A stretch of 64,000 nt of DNA from positions 310,001 to 374,000 of the forward strand of contig OZ037837.1 of assembly GCA_964035575.1 (NCBI GenBank), in the 5' to 3' direction. Positions 1 to 12,988 of the stretch are shown piece by piece. Each line of letters opens with the position of its first letter. Position 1 is the stretch's first letter. This stretch comes from Rhynchopus sp. YZ270_cl-10. Its lineage: Eukaryota. The translations under genes were made by a program, and so were the position numbers. Under the pieces are notes generated by a model that worked only from the letters and a program-made list of their open reading frames with translations, did no database searches and was not told the DNA's origin.

Positions 1-1084
1 CTTGTAACCCATTCAGATCAACTGTCGTCAATGATGTGCACCCTCCGAGGAACCCGATCCTAATCGAGCGGACACCTTGTAATCCACCCAGATCAACTGT
101 CGTCAATGATGTGCACCCTCCGAGGAAGTTGTCCCCAATCAAGATGACAGCTTGTAATCCACTGAGATCAACTGTCATTAATGATGTGCACTCGTAGAGG
201 AAGTCGTCTCCAATCACAACCAAAGCAGATGCGTAACTGATGTCAATGCACGTCACATCAGTTTCCTTGAAGAAATTATGTGGAATCGCAGTCGCAGCTC
301 CTGCCTGGAGGAGCAAGCAAGCCAGCTTCGGATCACTGCCTTCATCAGTCACCTGTTTGAACCGCTCTGCTGTAAGTGTCGTCTCACCCAACTCACGAAG
401 TGCTGCAATGGCATCGTGCACAACAAGCGCTGACTTCTGTGCTGTAAGGGCATCGTGCACGTTCGAAACAGGCAGCTTCAGGGAAACCGTTGTGTTTGGG
501 CCTGCAGCACCCACAAGGCGGTGGCGGTCTGCACTCGCTGCCATGCTGTTGATGCTCCGCACAACGGCCTGCGACTCTGTGACCACACGCAGCACCTGGT
601 CGTCCCCAAGCTGGCACACCGCCTCGCACTCAGCAATCATGTGTCCTGCCTTCGCAACAAACGTATTCAGCGCACACACCTCCTCCTCTGCATCAGTCCG
701 CTGTGCTGTCAGGTCTGCCACGTGCGAGTGGAGGACGTCCCGCTGGCGTTTCATGTAGTCCTTGATGTCAACTGTTTTGTGTCCCGCATGTGTGTCGCAA
801 CGGTAACAGAGCTCGCAGATCAACGCGTCTCCACACGCAGGGTCTTCACAGACGAGGGACAGCTCTTGGCCTGGGTGATGTGCACACTTCGACGACGTCC
901 CGTACGCAGTCACAGAAGCGCGATGTGTCTCACGGTCGCGTTTCCTTGTGTGGCAAGCATCGTAGCACACAGTTGAGTCGCAGAAGAACATCTCCGTGCA
1001 GATACCACACTGCAGCTGTGCAGGCTTGTCACATATCTCACAGCTCGGCATCTGTGGTGCGGTGGGCTGCGTGTACGGTTCCAT
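1..1084 (-). CDS. B-box zinc finger / coiled-coil / LRR protein, runs off the left edge; paralog of 42245-43729
   Basis: Not in the ORF track (no stop in window). Manual translation from ATG 1084 is open to position 1: MEPYTQPTAPQMPSCEICDKPAQLQCGICTEMFFCDSTVCYDACH...KCAHHPGQELSLVCEDPACGDALICELCYRCDTHAGHKTV...DPKLACLLLQAGAATAIPHNFF, then 25-aa LRRs (IGDNFLGGCTSLTTVDLGGLQ). Confidence 0.9.
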   Translation of the reverse strand, partial: MEPYTQPTAPQMPSCEICDKPAQLQCGICTEMFFCDSTVCYDACHTRKRDRETHRASVTAYGTSSKCAHHPGQELSLVCEDPACGDALICELCYRCDTHAGHKTVDIKDYMKRQRDVLHSHVADLTAQRTDAEEEVCALNTFVAKAGHMIAECEAVCQLGDDQVLRVVTESQAVVRSINSMAASADRHRLVGAAGPNTTVSLKLPVSNVHDALTAQKSALVVHDAIAALRELGETTLTAERFKQVTDEGSDPKLACLLLQAGAATAIPHNFFKETDVTCIDISYASALVVIGDDFLYECTSLMTVDLSGLQAVILIGDNFLGGCTSLTTVDLGGLQGVRSIRIGFLGGCTSLTTVDLNGLQ

Positions 1085-4000
1085 GTTGTGTGTTTCGAAG
1101 AGGTGGGAGGGTGCAGGGGTGTCTGGAAGGGGTTGGGTGGGTGGCATGGGATGGAAACAGAGTGTGGGGAAAACACTGGAGAACACGAGAGGCTGGTGTG
1201 TGGTGATCGTTGTTAAGATTCTGCACCACTCACCACCCCAGAAGTGACAGCGTTCTTGCTCCTCCTCTGCCCCTCCCCACCCACGTATCCACTTCCACCT
1301 CCGGCAAGTCAGCAAGATAGCGCACAGTCCAGCTATGTCCTGCAGCTGCGAGGATAAGACATGTGTGTCTCTCGTTGTCTGTGACACGCACTCCCGCACC
1401 TGAATACAACTGCTCGTTCGTCCTTTGAAACAAAGTAAGAAAAGCGGAGAGGAGAGAGGTGGTCCTTTTGTCTCTTTAATTTTGAAAACTTCGTTTTCAA
1501 GATAAAATAAAATAAAAACAAGGATAAAATAACAAAACACTTCTCGTTAAAGCAGGATGACGTAACGTGACCCCTTATTTGCAGCTCCAAAGTGTCGAAC
1601 ACTGTTTCCATTCCCAAATCTTCCGCACACGTTTGTGTTCCAACGACGCAGTTTTCCGTGAAAGAAAAGGGAGTCCTTGTTCATCTGTTCTCTTCATCTG
1701 GTCTAGCTTGCTGGAGGGAGTTCAAGACAAGACACCTCTTCTCGCTGTGTCTGTACCTACAAGGGTATGTCATTCAACCCCCCCAGTGAGCCAGTCGTGC
1801 CTGGCGTCCAGGTGGGGAAAAAAAGAAGAGGAGACTGTGAACTGAAATGTGCGATTTTGTGCACACAGATGTTAGGAAGAATGACATAAAAAACAAATGT
1901 GACTTGAAACGCAAAGCCCTCTCGTGCACAGTGTATGACCGGTGCACCGTGGGTGGGTGCAGTCCTACATCCATTTCGTGATGATAAAAATTTGACAAGA
2001 TGAACTTAGCCTGCACTTAGCCACCTTTTAAAATGATGATCAAATGTGGGGACTGCACAGTATCAGTTTCTTGGGAAAAAATCCAAAAAAAAAAAAACGT
2101 GACTGCGCTGGTGAATACTATCTCCTACTAAAGGGTTGAGTGATTCATAACAAAAAAAAAAGATAACTCACAAGATGGACGTGTCTCTCATCCACACACA
2201 TCTTTGAAAAGAATTCTTCGCCGGACAATCGCAATAAAATAGAGCAGATTTTATTTTGCAAGCAAGACAAAAAGAAAGGAACGACGGGTATAGAGTCAAA
2301 GGGGGCGGAGTGACTTCCGTAACTGCGGAACAAAAGAAAAGAAGTTGTATGATATGAACCTAAGCCTGGCGGGTGCTTCGTCACCAAAAAAAAATACAAA
2401 GACAAAATATTATTCCGATGTATTTTACCAAGGGAAAAATACAGGAAAAAAATCCAGGTAAATTGAAAAATCACTTTTGGCCGGACTACCATTAGCAGTA
2501 GGGTTTCCCAGTTTCCAAGTCAAAAAAATTGTCTTTTAATTTCCGCAAATATTTTTTTTACTTTAGGACTGGATGTGCTTAGAAAACCCGAATTTTTTAC
2601 CCTTCAAAAGGTGATTATAATTTGGAAGGATACCGTGTACGGAATAACAATTATTATTGAGTAGACACCCTAAGGAGGAGATACACGTTTCATGTTATTT
2701 GTGTAAAAATCTCTTTCAGGTATTTCAACATATGCAATCAATTGATAGCATAGCACAAACCTATTAAAAAAACGCTTCTTTCGCATCATATGCCACTCCA
2801 CGCGACTCAAAAAAGAATAAGAATTGAAACAAAAATGGGACAGAAAAATGGTACAAAAGGAACAGAACAAAACAAAAACAAAAGAGGGAAAAAGAGAGAA
2901 AAAATACTGGAGATTCCAACACTGCACATTGTACCCCCCTCATTGCTTTTCATTATGAGAGGGCGCACAGCAGGAGCGTTCTCCGCTGATAGGTTGAGAT
3001 GGGCTGGTAGGTGGGTATCCCGAGAGGCATTTTTCAGCAGTGTTTTTTTTGTGTCGTGACGTTTGTGTTATGGTAAAAATCCTTCAGAAAATGTAAACAC
3101 CTTTGGAGTGTACCGACAAATGTGCCAACAAACATTTTGTTTGAGTATAAACTACTATCATTAAATAGCCACGGTGTTTTACAGGATCCTATAAAATGCG
3201 CCAACAGACAAAACACATATGCCACGATATGGGGTAAAAAAAAGAGAAAAATCTCTTGTAGAAATGCACCTAAGGCTAAGATCGTTCTTTCTGTCACATA
3301 AAAAAAGGGGGGGTTTAAAAAAAAAAGCAACAAAAATAATCTGGACAACACTTGGTTTTTCTCAAGCAATGCAATTTTTTACTACAGTCGCGGTGCTAAC
3401 TAAGGTGGGGAAATAACCCAGTTATTCTTATTATGAAAAACGCACCTAAGTTATTGACCCACCGATGTTTGTACGGCGACTGTACTGTTTATTTTTTTTT
3501 TTTGAAAACTTGGTTGTGCCGAGGATGCGCTCCATTTTTCACGCTTTTTTGTTTTGAAAATTTTTGAAAAAAAAAAAAAAATGATGTCAAATAACCGGAA
3601 AACCCAGCTGTGCCAGGGAGATTAGTGGGGGTGTACAGTCAATGATGTGGGGGTTTTTTTTTGTTGCTCGCCCCTTGGTTAAGACCACTGCTGACAATAA
3701 TGAACGAAACGTTGGTAGCTGATCTACACCTCACTGTTCAATCATTTGCTAACGTTTCACAAGAAAAGGACACGTGGATGGCGGGGGGGGGGGGGGAAAG
3801 TGGAAGAACGGAAGGTAAGGATGAAAAGAAGTGGAAGTGATTAATAAAAATTATTTGGAAGATTGCTTGTCCATGTGTATCGTCTCTTCATTTACAATTT
3901 GAAACATTTTTGGTTGTTTAGTGACAGCAACACCCGAGAATGAACTCTACCTTTTTTTAATCACATTTTGTGTCAAAACGATAGATGGTTGAAAGGGTTT

Positions 4001-6287
4001 TATGATTTATAAATTTTGTGTTATTTTTTTTTTTTGTTTTGTGCTCTTGCTTCAAAAGAACGGTGGGTATGCAACTGAGCAGAATAATAATCATGAAGGT
4101 GCTTGAAATGTGTCATTGAAACCACGTCATAAATCTGACATTCAATGTTACATAAAATGTGATATTCTTGCTCGATTTTGAACTCAATTTTGATCAAACC
4201 AACTACCACTTTTATTTTCTCCCTTGATAAATTGTTGGAGTAGTGTAGTTGCGTTGTGTTGCTCACAGTTTTTGTGTAATCTCCTTTTTTCTTTACTTTA
4301 TTGTTGTTAGAGAAGTCGAGGCTATAAGGAAAGAAAAAAACAAAACGACGAATCCACAGCCACAAGTAGGACTGCACGCACGCACAAAAAAAAAGATAAT
4401 ATTTAACCACAAGATGGATCTTGTCCAACGTTTGCTTCTTCGTCTTTTTATTATCTTGTTTTGGTTTTGTTCTGTGGACACGCACAAATATAAAATAAAC
4501 AAGAAGGGATGGGAGGGAAACGTTAAATGCTCCTCATGAGAGGGGGACAGAGCATCTTTGGGAGGGGGAAGAAAAAACTTGACAGATGAATGTACCTCTC
4601 GTCCACAATACATCTTTGAAAATAAATTTTTTTTAAATGGTAAAACACAACAAAGTGAAGTTGATAGTGCAAACCACCGCCTCTGGGACGCAGGCACTGT
4701 AACAACAACAAAAGGCGTTGCCAGTTTTCAATGAGAGTTGCTATTTTTGCAGGGAAGGGGGCGAGTAAATTTTTTTTTGAAAGACGAATGTACCTCTCGT
4801 CCACAATACATCTTTGAAAATAAAAAAAAAATGGGTAAAAGATGAAACACGCTCTCTCTGTGCTAAGCCACCTTCACAAAAGAATATAGCAAAGAAACAC
4901 ACACTTTTTTTTGAGAAGTTTCTGTGAAACCCATTTTTTTAAAAAAATTATTAGGGTAGATAAACAAATTTATTTGTTTCTTGTCCACCGTACGTACAGA
5001 ATCTCGAGATTCCCAGAAAAAAATGTTTGTTTTTAAAAATGTTTATTGTGACCTGAGCGGTACTTTAGAGTGTTTTTAGACACACTTGTGACCCCACCGA
5101 GGAAAGCAATCGGCTCGCGCAATCAAAAGAAAGCAGAGAAAAGGGAAAAAATAAAAAGGAAAAAAGTTGGGTACCGTGCGCCTGCGGCGCTACCTGTTCC
5201 CAGTCAACAACACAATTCCATCTGAAGTTGGGTTTGCAGACCTGAAAATGACCCTTGCTTACGAGTATGGGTTCATACTTTGTGAAAATTTAAGTCACTA
5301 AAATTTTGCCCATTTTTCCGTATATCCCCCACCACAGCCCGGGATTGGCTCGGAAATGCCACAAAACACTGTTATTTCCACCCCTTGATGCACAACTGTT
5401 TGAGGTGTGTTTTTTTTTTGGTCCCGAAACACGATTTTTCAGACTTTCCAAAAGTGGGCACGAAGCCTGCTCCGTAACATTCAGGGCTAAGTGTGAGCTT
5501 CCTTCTTGTCAGTGAAGGGATGACCTTCGGGACTTAGCGAGGCGAGAAACATCCTCGGAAATGCTGAGCTGAGCGTGCAGAAGATCTGCCACGGAAGCAT
5601 GCAAGGCGCTATCCGCGCAAAATGTGGAAGCGTTCTGGGAGCAGTGGCGAACCCTCTAAACGTACAAGAACATTATAAAAAACTGAGAACTAACATCGCC
5701 GTATCCCCCCTAATGACACCTACCATCAACGAGGCATGTGAAATCAATGTAGTTGTCTCCCTTCTGCTTGCCCCGCTCCCATGGTAGCGATTTTTTTCCA
5801 ACATTTTTTCCCCAACTAATATTTTTTTCCGTACGTACGTACAGAATTTCAAAACGTCTCGGACAAGAAACAAATAAATTTATTTATCTACCCTTAGCTT
5901 TCCTCTTCTCCTTCCGCTAAAGAGTAAAGCTTTTTGAATGTGCCTTTTTCTGTGCACATAATTGTCGCAAAAAAAATCATTTTCTCTCGCGCCAATATCG
6001 TGAAAAAGAACAAATAATAAACAGAAATACGGGGGAAATGAAGTGGAAAAAAAAGCTTTGGACAATTGAAGTGGGATTCCTCATAACAAGAGAAAAAACA
6101 AAAGCCAACAAAATGCAATGTATAACCACACCACAAAACGCACACAAAAAAAAACGCAAAAAAACCCCCCAAAGTTTGAAAAGGGACAAATCTCTTCTGA
6201 ATATGTGTACGCAATTCATATGATGGGACACAACCGCCCCCTCTGTGTCTCTCTCTGTCAATAAAAACAGAGCATTTTTTATTTTTT

Positions 6288-6334
6288 GAAAACTTGGTTG
6301 TATTAGTGTAGACACCCGAGGATGAACTCCACTA
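6288..6334. repeat. 47-bp dispersed module GAAAACTTGGTTGTATTAGTGTAGACACCCGAGGATGAACTCCACTA
   Basis: Near-identical copies at 44562-44608 and 50867-50913, a diverged reverse-complement copy at 10783-10829, and degenerate copies near 3503 and 17691. Confidence 0.85.
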
Positions 6335-7873
6335 TTTTTTGGTGTGGCTCATCCCAAGAATATAGTACACCTTTTTTGTACTTCTTTTTTGTGACTATTT
6401 TTTTTTTGTGGTGTACTTCGGGGGTTTTTTGACGCCACACCATTTTTGCTTTTTTACTCTCCTCACTGTTAGATTTGGTATCGCACGAATGCCACAGTCT
6501 TAGCTTAGATCTAAGAAGCACTCCTAAGAAAAGACCTCTGACTCTAGGTCGTTATAGGATCTCTACAATATTCCAGCATTCACACCAAACAGATTATAAG
6601 ACTTAAAGTGGTTTTACTGCAACATTAAGCACGACTGTACCTCATGCAGAAAAAAAAATAGCAATAAATTATAATGATCAATGATGTGGGCAAAACCAGA
6701 CAGGAGAAGTAAATTTGAGGTTCCGATCGCACCAACCAAGACGACATAAAGGGAGAGGCTGTACCGTGTGCAGTGAAACCAAATCGTACCAGATCAAAGA
6801 GGTTATGTCTTATTTCTTATTTCTTCACACAGAGATACCAATCCAGCTGTATTAAGGGATGTCAGATATTTCTCGCAGAGAGACCAATCCTCCTCGCACT
6901 GTGCTTGGACTGCACTGTCCAGGATGTCACCTCTCGCTTGACGCTGTGTGTGGAAAGCTCCTTGAATCCAACACATGGGGAATGCAGACACCCCGTGAAC
7001 CCAACAGAGTTAAAAAAAAAAGTTTAAACTGCGGAAGACGCAAAAACAAACTCGCGAAAAAAAGTTTTTTCTGCGAAGTGTGTGAGGGGGGAGAATAAAA
7101 CATTACGAAAAAAACCTCCATCATTTTGCAAGCTTCATTTCCGTTTTGGTTTTCTTACAAAAAAAAAAAACCCCCCAAGACACAAAACAGGGCAGGGCAG
7201 GGGTGGGCAACCCTTAGGCTCGTTTCGAAAACCCAAAAGTGAATACCATAATATTATTCAGTGTCGTGGGGAGGAAAAAAAAGAAAAGACAGGGTGAGTT
7301 TTGCTTCCTTCAGGAACCGGAACATTGCCTGTCCAACGAGGTGCAGAGGGGGAGCTGTGTGATGTGACAAAAATAAACATTTTTTTTTTTTTTTGAGATG
7401 AACCCGAGTCTCTGAGTGTGATCCCTCCCTACGCACATCTAAGAAAAGACAAAAAAAACAAAAAAAAAATTCCCCACTTTTATGCAATAATTGCAGTGAA
7501 GCTGCGAAATAGAGGGAGTATGCAGTATCCCTGGGTTTTGGAGAAAAAAAGTTTTTCGGGAAAATTCCCTACCATCCTGGGCAGGCGAGACAACGCTAGA
7601 GGTGCGGAAAAAAAAGGTGTTTTTATTATACAGTGTACTGCAAGCGTAGCTTAAAAGGAAAGACAGTTCTTCCGATACGGTCGTAAATCACTCCCCTCAA
7701 CAAACAGGGTAATTGAACAATCAACGAAAAACCTTTTTTTCCCTTTTACTTACTTGTCAGAGTTACTGTTTTTTTTCCTTTTTGCATTGGCATCATTGGC
7801 CCTTTCACCTCTTCTCGCCACGACACACTTTTGTTCCCTTTTCTCTCGGCTTCATTTACATTTGGTGCTGTGG

Positions 7874-8464
7874 CACAGTTTCTTCCAGGAAGATTTTTTT
7901 TTTTTTTCTTCTTTTTTTCAAAAAATCTGAAAAAAAAAAAAAAATAAAAAAGAAGATTTCTTCTTTTGGGAAAAATAAAAATAAAAAAAAATTTGGGGAA
8001 AAAATTTTGACGGGCCTCAGAGGCCTGGTCATATGGGCCAGTCTCCGAAGCACGCTCCATTTACAACCAAGAGTGTGCCTTTGTACACCCTCTTCAGGTA
8101 AAAACCATCTGAGATGTGTAAAAACACCTGCCTCGCACAGTCCCAACACAAAATTTTCCGCTCGCTGCGCTCGCGGAAAGACACCCCCAATGTGAACTGT
8201 TACGTGAAATAAAATAACGGGCGTGGAAAAATTTTTTTGAGCCTCCCCACGATTTCACAAAAACCCAAAATTTAGCGTCAGGCCCTGGTTTCCCCATTTT
8301 GCCGTGAATTTTCACACCTCTTCCAACTTTGTCAGGGAGGAGCGCGCGCGAAGCGCGCGCGACGACCGCTTGTGTGGGGAGAAAGCTCGGAATGTACTTT
8401 TCTGAAGGGGGAAAAAAATCTTCTTCAAAATTCACACCCGAAGAAGGAGCGAAGAATCCCTGTG
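7874..8464. mobile_element. Non-autonomous TIR element, CACAG...CTGTG termini, 6-bp TSD CTGTGG
   Basis: CTGTGG at 7868-7873 and 8465-8470; near-identical second copy at 12535-12988. Confidence 0.85.
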
Positions 8465-11213
8465 CTGTGGAGACAAAAAAAAAATGGTAAAAATGGTAAA
8501 ATAGACTCGGGATGCAGAGTTTTGACAAAAAAAAAACATCACACATTTCAACAGATATTGGAATACGCGAGGTTCAATCGAAATAAAGTTTTCTCACGGA
8601 TGGGTACCTGATGTGGCGTTTAAGGATGTACTTACCTTTTTCAAAAAAAAAAGGTGTTGCGGTGGGTTGACACTATATCTGTTTTGTATGAGATCTCGAC
8701 ATTCCACTGTAAGTGGCGGAGCACAAAAAGAATGCACAACACTTTTGGGTGAGGGGGTATCTGATTTTCTCTGTGAGCATATCTAATGTTATTTCCCTTC
8801 ACACTCCATGGTTGGTCTCTGGACCTCTCCATCGTGCCAAGTTGCAAAAAAGGGGGGAAATCGCGAAAAAAAAAATGAAAATAAAGGGAGAAACTTCGCA
8901 GATGTTAAAACGATTTCCTCTTTTTGCGGACTATGACTGGGACTCAGAATGTTTGAGCGCTGGATTTCGTTTCGCTTGTGCGTACCTCGAAGGATGGAGG
9001 GTAAGGGGGAGGGGGGATGAACAGTGTAGTTGGTTTGAGACGAGCGGAAGGGAAAAGCGGGGAAAGAACGTGTTTTTGCGCGAAAATAAAACAAAATAAA
9101 AAGAGAGCAAGAAGTTGTGTGGGCAGCAGATCACACAAAGTGGTGAACTGCGCTGCGCTGATTCTTTCTAAAAAAAAAAAGGAAAAAAAAAGTGAAAATG
9201 GGAGGAAAAAAGACAAGCTTAATAGACGAACCTAAGGTTTCCCATGTAGGTTCACCTTGAGAAAAATCCCACAGAAAGATAAAAGATGCACACCACACAA
9301 CACATAAGAGAGAATTCACAGGATGTATAAATATTTTTTGTGTGTTTTAAAGTTTATGTCTAGTTTTTCTTCTGTTTTCGCGCAAGGTTTTATATTTTTT
9401 TGACTCGGAAAGGAGTTCTTCCGTTTCCGTTCACACATTCTTTTTGTCATAATTTTTTTAACAATAAACTGAAACAAACCCTCGTCCAAATGGAGCACTT
9501 GGTTTTGCCTGAAATTTTGTTTTGGTGGAGTTTGGAGGGGACACAAAGAGCTCCACTAAACTCCCCCAAAACTCCCTCAACAAATTTCAGGAAAAATCTG
9601 GTGCATCCTCGTCCAAATGGGATAATGAGGGAATGCAGCTGATGCAGTACATCCATACGTTATGTACATTTTTTTCGTTAAAGTCTCTGCTCGATTTGTA
9701 TGAACTGCTGGTCGTAAGGTACTTTTTCAACAGCCTTTCATATAGTTTTATCAACGCATTTCTCATGCAAGAATCGACAAAAAATCACCAAAAAAAAGAG
9801 GTGGGGTTTTGTATTGTACACCCCGAACAGGCTAGGAACTACCGTACCGGGTAACATAATCCGTAAAAAATGTTTTACATTTTCCGGATTTTTATTGGGG
9901 AGTTTGACCTTTTTTTTTTACGGTCAGTAGATTGTTTACCGGTACAGTACTTTGAACAGACGGCCCACCTCCCTGAAGAGAATGGTCGCCTTTTTATTTT
10001 TGAAAAAATTGTTGGAATAGTTGTAGTTTGCCACCCTGTGCAAAGCTCCACTGTCCCTAAAGTCAAATCACGTAATGGAGTTTTTAAAAAAAATTGAAGG
10101 GAGATGATGGGAGGTATTTTGCCCTACCTGAATGCAGCTACACTTCATGTGGACGCGTATTTTGTGTCATATACTAACTATTCTACTGAATAGATGGTAT
10201 AATAGGGTGCACTAAATGGAAATGGACGCGTATTGTGAAAGAGAGGGGGAAAAAAGGGCTCTCACCATTTACGATACGCAAGCGGAAAAAGAGAGAATTG
10301 TAAGCAAGAGGCAGTACCAGTGGCGCGGCTACCAATAACTACCGTGTAGTCAGCGTCACGTCTACCACGGTAGGTTACAGTGAAAAAAAAAAATGTAAGA
10401 TGATCCTGTCCAAAAAAATAAAGGAAAAGAAAGCGTGAAAGATTTATGCACTTCTCCTCAACAGAAGCAGTGTACACAAATCTTAAAGAGAAAGAAAGAA
10501 GTAATATAAAGAAGCATTTTTAAAAAAAATTTAACCTTTTGACAGGTTACGGAAAAAGAAAATATATGGGGTAACTGTAGGGGTTTTTTGAGGAGAAAGA
10601 AGAAGAAGAAAAAAGCGGTTTTTTTTGTGGGTTCAAAAACAAGAAGTGATTGGTAGGATCACTTACCACAGATAGAAGAAATCTCTGATTTTTTTTTGCC
10701 TGGTGTGACTTTTTAACATTGTCAAAAACTCCATCAAATTTCAGGAAAAATCAGATGGTGGAGGACAAAAACAAAAAACTAATAGTGGAGCACACTCTAG
10801 GGTGGCTACACTAATACAACCAAGTTTTCAAAAAACAGAAAATTTCAAAAAAAAAAAAAAAAGATTTTTAAAAAAATGACCTATTGTGAAATAAACGGGA
10901 ACAACTGGGGGGGTTTGAAATGTTAAAACACACCCCTCAAGATAACAAAATGCGAAAAAGAGAGAGAAAAGAACAATTTGTTATGCAGTTGTACGCAAAC
11001 ACCAATTCTTCCTCAGATAACACAAAAGAATTGTTTCATATAAAGAAAAAAAGAAAGGACCTTCTGCTGTCGCCTTTTCTTCCTTTTTGCTATCAGGATT
11101 AAGCATGGCGCGAAAAAAGAGGGTAGGCAAATTGCATGTTAGATGTTGATTGTTGAATAGGAAAAAAGAATTTTTTTTTTTTGAAAAAAAGAAATTTTTG
11201 AAAAGCGCAACTA

Positions 11214-11330
11214 CCACCTGATTTTTACTCCGCGTATAGGCGCGTAAGGGCCCGTATAGGCCAAACCCCACCCATTTTTCCCAGCCTTTACGCGCTATAC
11301 GCGCCTTTACGCGGGGTAAAAATCAGGTGG
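11214..11330. mobile_element. 117-bp MITE, CCACCTGATTTTTAC TIR, 5-bp TSD AACTA
   Basis: TIR ccacctgatttttac / gtaaaaatcaggtgg; AACTA at 11209-11213 and 11331-11335. Confidence 0.85.
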
Positions 11331-11589
11331 AACTACTCAAATCATGAGTGAACAACATCACGCCTGAAAAGAAAAGAAAAAATAGAGAGAAAGAAAGAGA
11401 AAATACTCACAAAAAAAAGTATAAAAAGAAATTGTTGTATTGAACCTTGAGTCTTTTGCGTTGGTTATCACTTTAATAAAATACATGTTGTATGTAAAGA
11501 GAAATTGATTGCTATATAAACGCCGCATCGTCGGGGGGCGCAGACACTAAGAAGTAAATTTTTATCATAATATGATATGGTAAACCATG

Positions 11590-12035
11590 ACTATGCATAC
11601 GGCCTGAGTCGGGCAGAAAAAAATACCCCCGAATAAATAAATGCTCCAATGGTGTTACGGAGGGGGCCTATATTGACATGTCGTTGACACAAGGGGGTGT
11701 TACTTTATAATTTGTGTGGGTTTTTTGGCCGGGAAAAATGAATCGTCCAAAAATCCCGGCATTTGCATTTTCGGCATCCATCCGTCCAGTAGTGGGGTCA
11801 CTTTGCCAAAATGGACAAGTTGTTGATACATACGTAAATACACAAAAATAGCCTGCAAATATAAAATGTCACACCCCCCCTATATTGACAGGTCCTTGAC
11901 ATGTCCCCGACAGTTGTTCGGTAACACCATCCAAGGCTGAGTCTGGACTGACTCACTCAGCCTGGACTCAGTCCGGTAAATATAACTCAGCCAAAACTCA
12001 GGCTGAGTCGGCCCGACTCGGCTCATATGCATAGT
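11590..12035. mobile_element. Probable MITE (ACTATGCATA TIR, subterminal GAGTC/GACTC motifs) hosting a nested element
   Basis: actatgcata...gagtcgggc at left and gcccgactc...tatgcatagt at right; ATG on both sides is a possible 3-bp TSD; exact ends uncertain. Confidence 0.55.
11650..11929. mobile_element. MITE with TGGTGTTAC...GTAACACCA termini, 5-bp TSD TCCAA
   Basis: TCCAA at 11645-11649 and 11930-11934; internal repeated TTGACA motifs shared with 13912, 18165 and 45832. Confidence 0.8.
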
Positions 12036-12152
12036 ATGGTTAGCAGTTCGCATAAGTATAATATATTGTCATCGGAGGGGGGGTGGAAATACGCAGTCAC
12101 AAAAGGTTCCCTCACTTAACCTGTTCATATCTGACTACGTTTTTTCCCTGCT

Positions 12153-12229
12153 CCACCTGACTTTTCCTGAAATTTGGTGGGGTTTTTGGTATACACCGTA
12201 AAACGGAAAAACCGGGAAAAATCAGGTGG
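12153..12229. mobile_element. 77-bp MITE of the CCACCTGA family, 5-bp TSD CTGCT
   Basis: ccacctgacttttcc / ggaaaaatcaggtgg; CTGCT at 12148-12152 and 12230-12234. Confidence 0.8.
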
Positions 12230-12534
12230 CTGCTTTTGCTTTTAACACATTTTGCTTGATAAAATATGAACGAAATAGTCGTGGACCATTGTGCAAAAAA
12301 GGGGAGGAACGAAATCTGCTCTAATATTTGTGATAAAGTGTTGAAACCACGACACCAGATCTGACTTCAAGTTTACGCACAAAATAGATAGATTCTTAAC
12401 CCCGATTAGCGTACAAATCAACGGAATACCCGATCTTTATATAATTGTTGCAAAACGTGTGAGCTTTTGGCAGTATGCTTGCTGCATAATTTTCCGCAAA
12501 AAAAAAAATCTCCCCGGCAAAGTTCACGCACGAC

Positions 12535-12988
12535 CACAGTTTCTTCCAGGAAGATTTTTTTTTTTTTTCTTCTTTTTTTCAAAAAATCTGAAAAAAAAAA
12601 AAAAAAAAAAAAAAGAAGATTTCTTCTTTTGGGAAAAATAAAAATAAAAAAAAAATTGGGGAAAAAAATTTGACGTGCCTCAGAGGCCTGGTCATATGGC
12701 CAGTCTCCGAAGCACGCTCCATTTACAACCAAGAGTGTGCCTTTGTACACCCTCTTCAGGTAAAAACCATCTGAGATGTGTAAAAATACCTGCCTCGCAC
12801 AGTCCCCCCTGGTTTCCCCATTTTCCCGTGAATTTTCACACCTCTTCCAACTTTGTCAGGGAGGAGCGCGCGCGAAGCGCGCGCGACGACCGCTTGTGTG
12901 GGGAGAAAGCTCGGAATGTACTTTTCTGAAGGGGAAAAAAAATCTTCTTCAAAATTCATACCCGAAGAAGGAGCGAAGAATCCCTGCG
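12535..12988. mobile_element. Second, internally deleted copy of the CACAG element, 6-bp TSD CACGAC
   Basis: Matches 7874-8464 but lacks ~140 bp (about 8144-8283); right end reads CTGCG; CACGAC at 12529-12534 and 12989-12994. Confidence 0.85.

Noticed and set aside
11661..11910. TTGACA motifs as bacterial -35 promoter boxes
   Set aside because: They are repeated subterminal motifs of a MITE family in a eukaryotic context.
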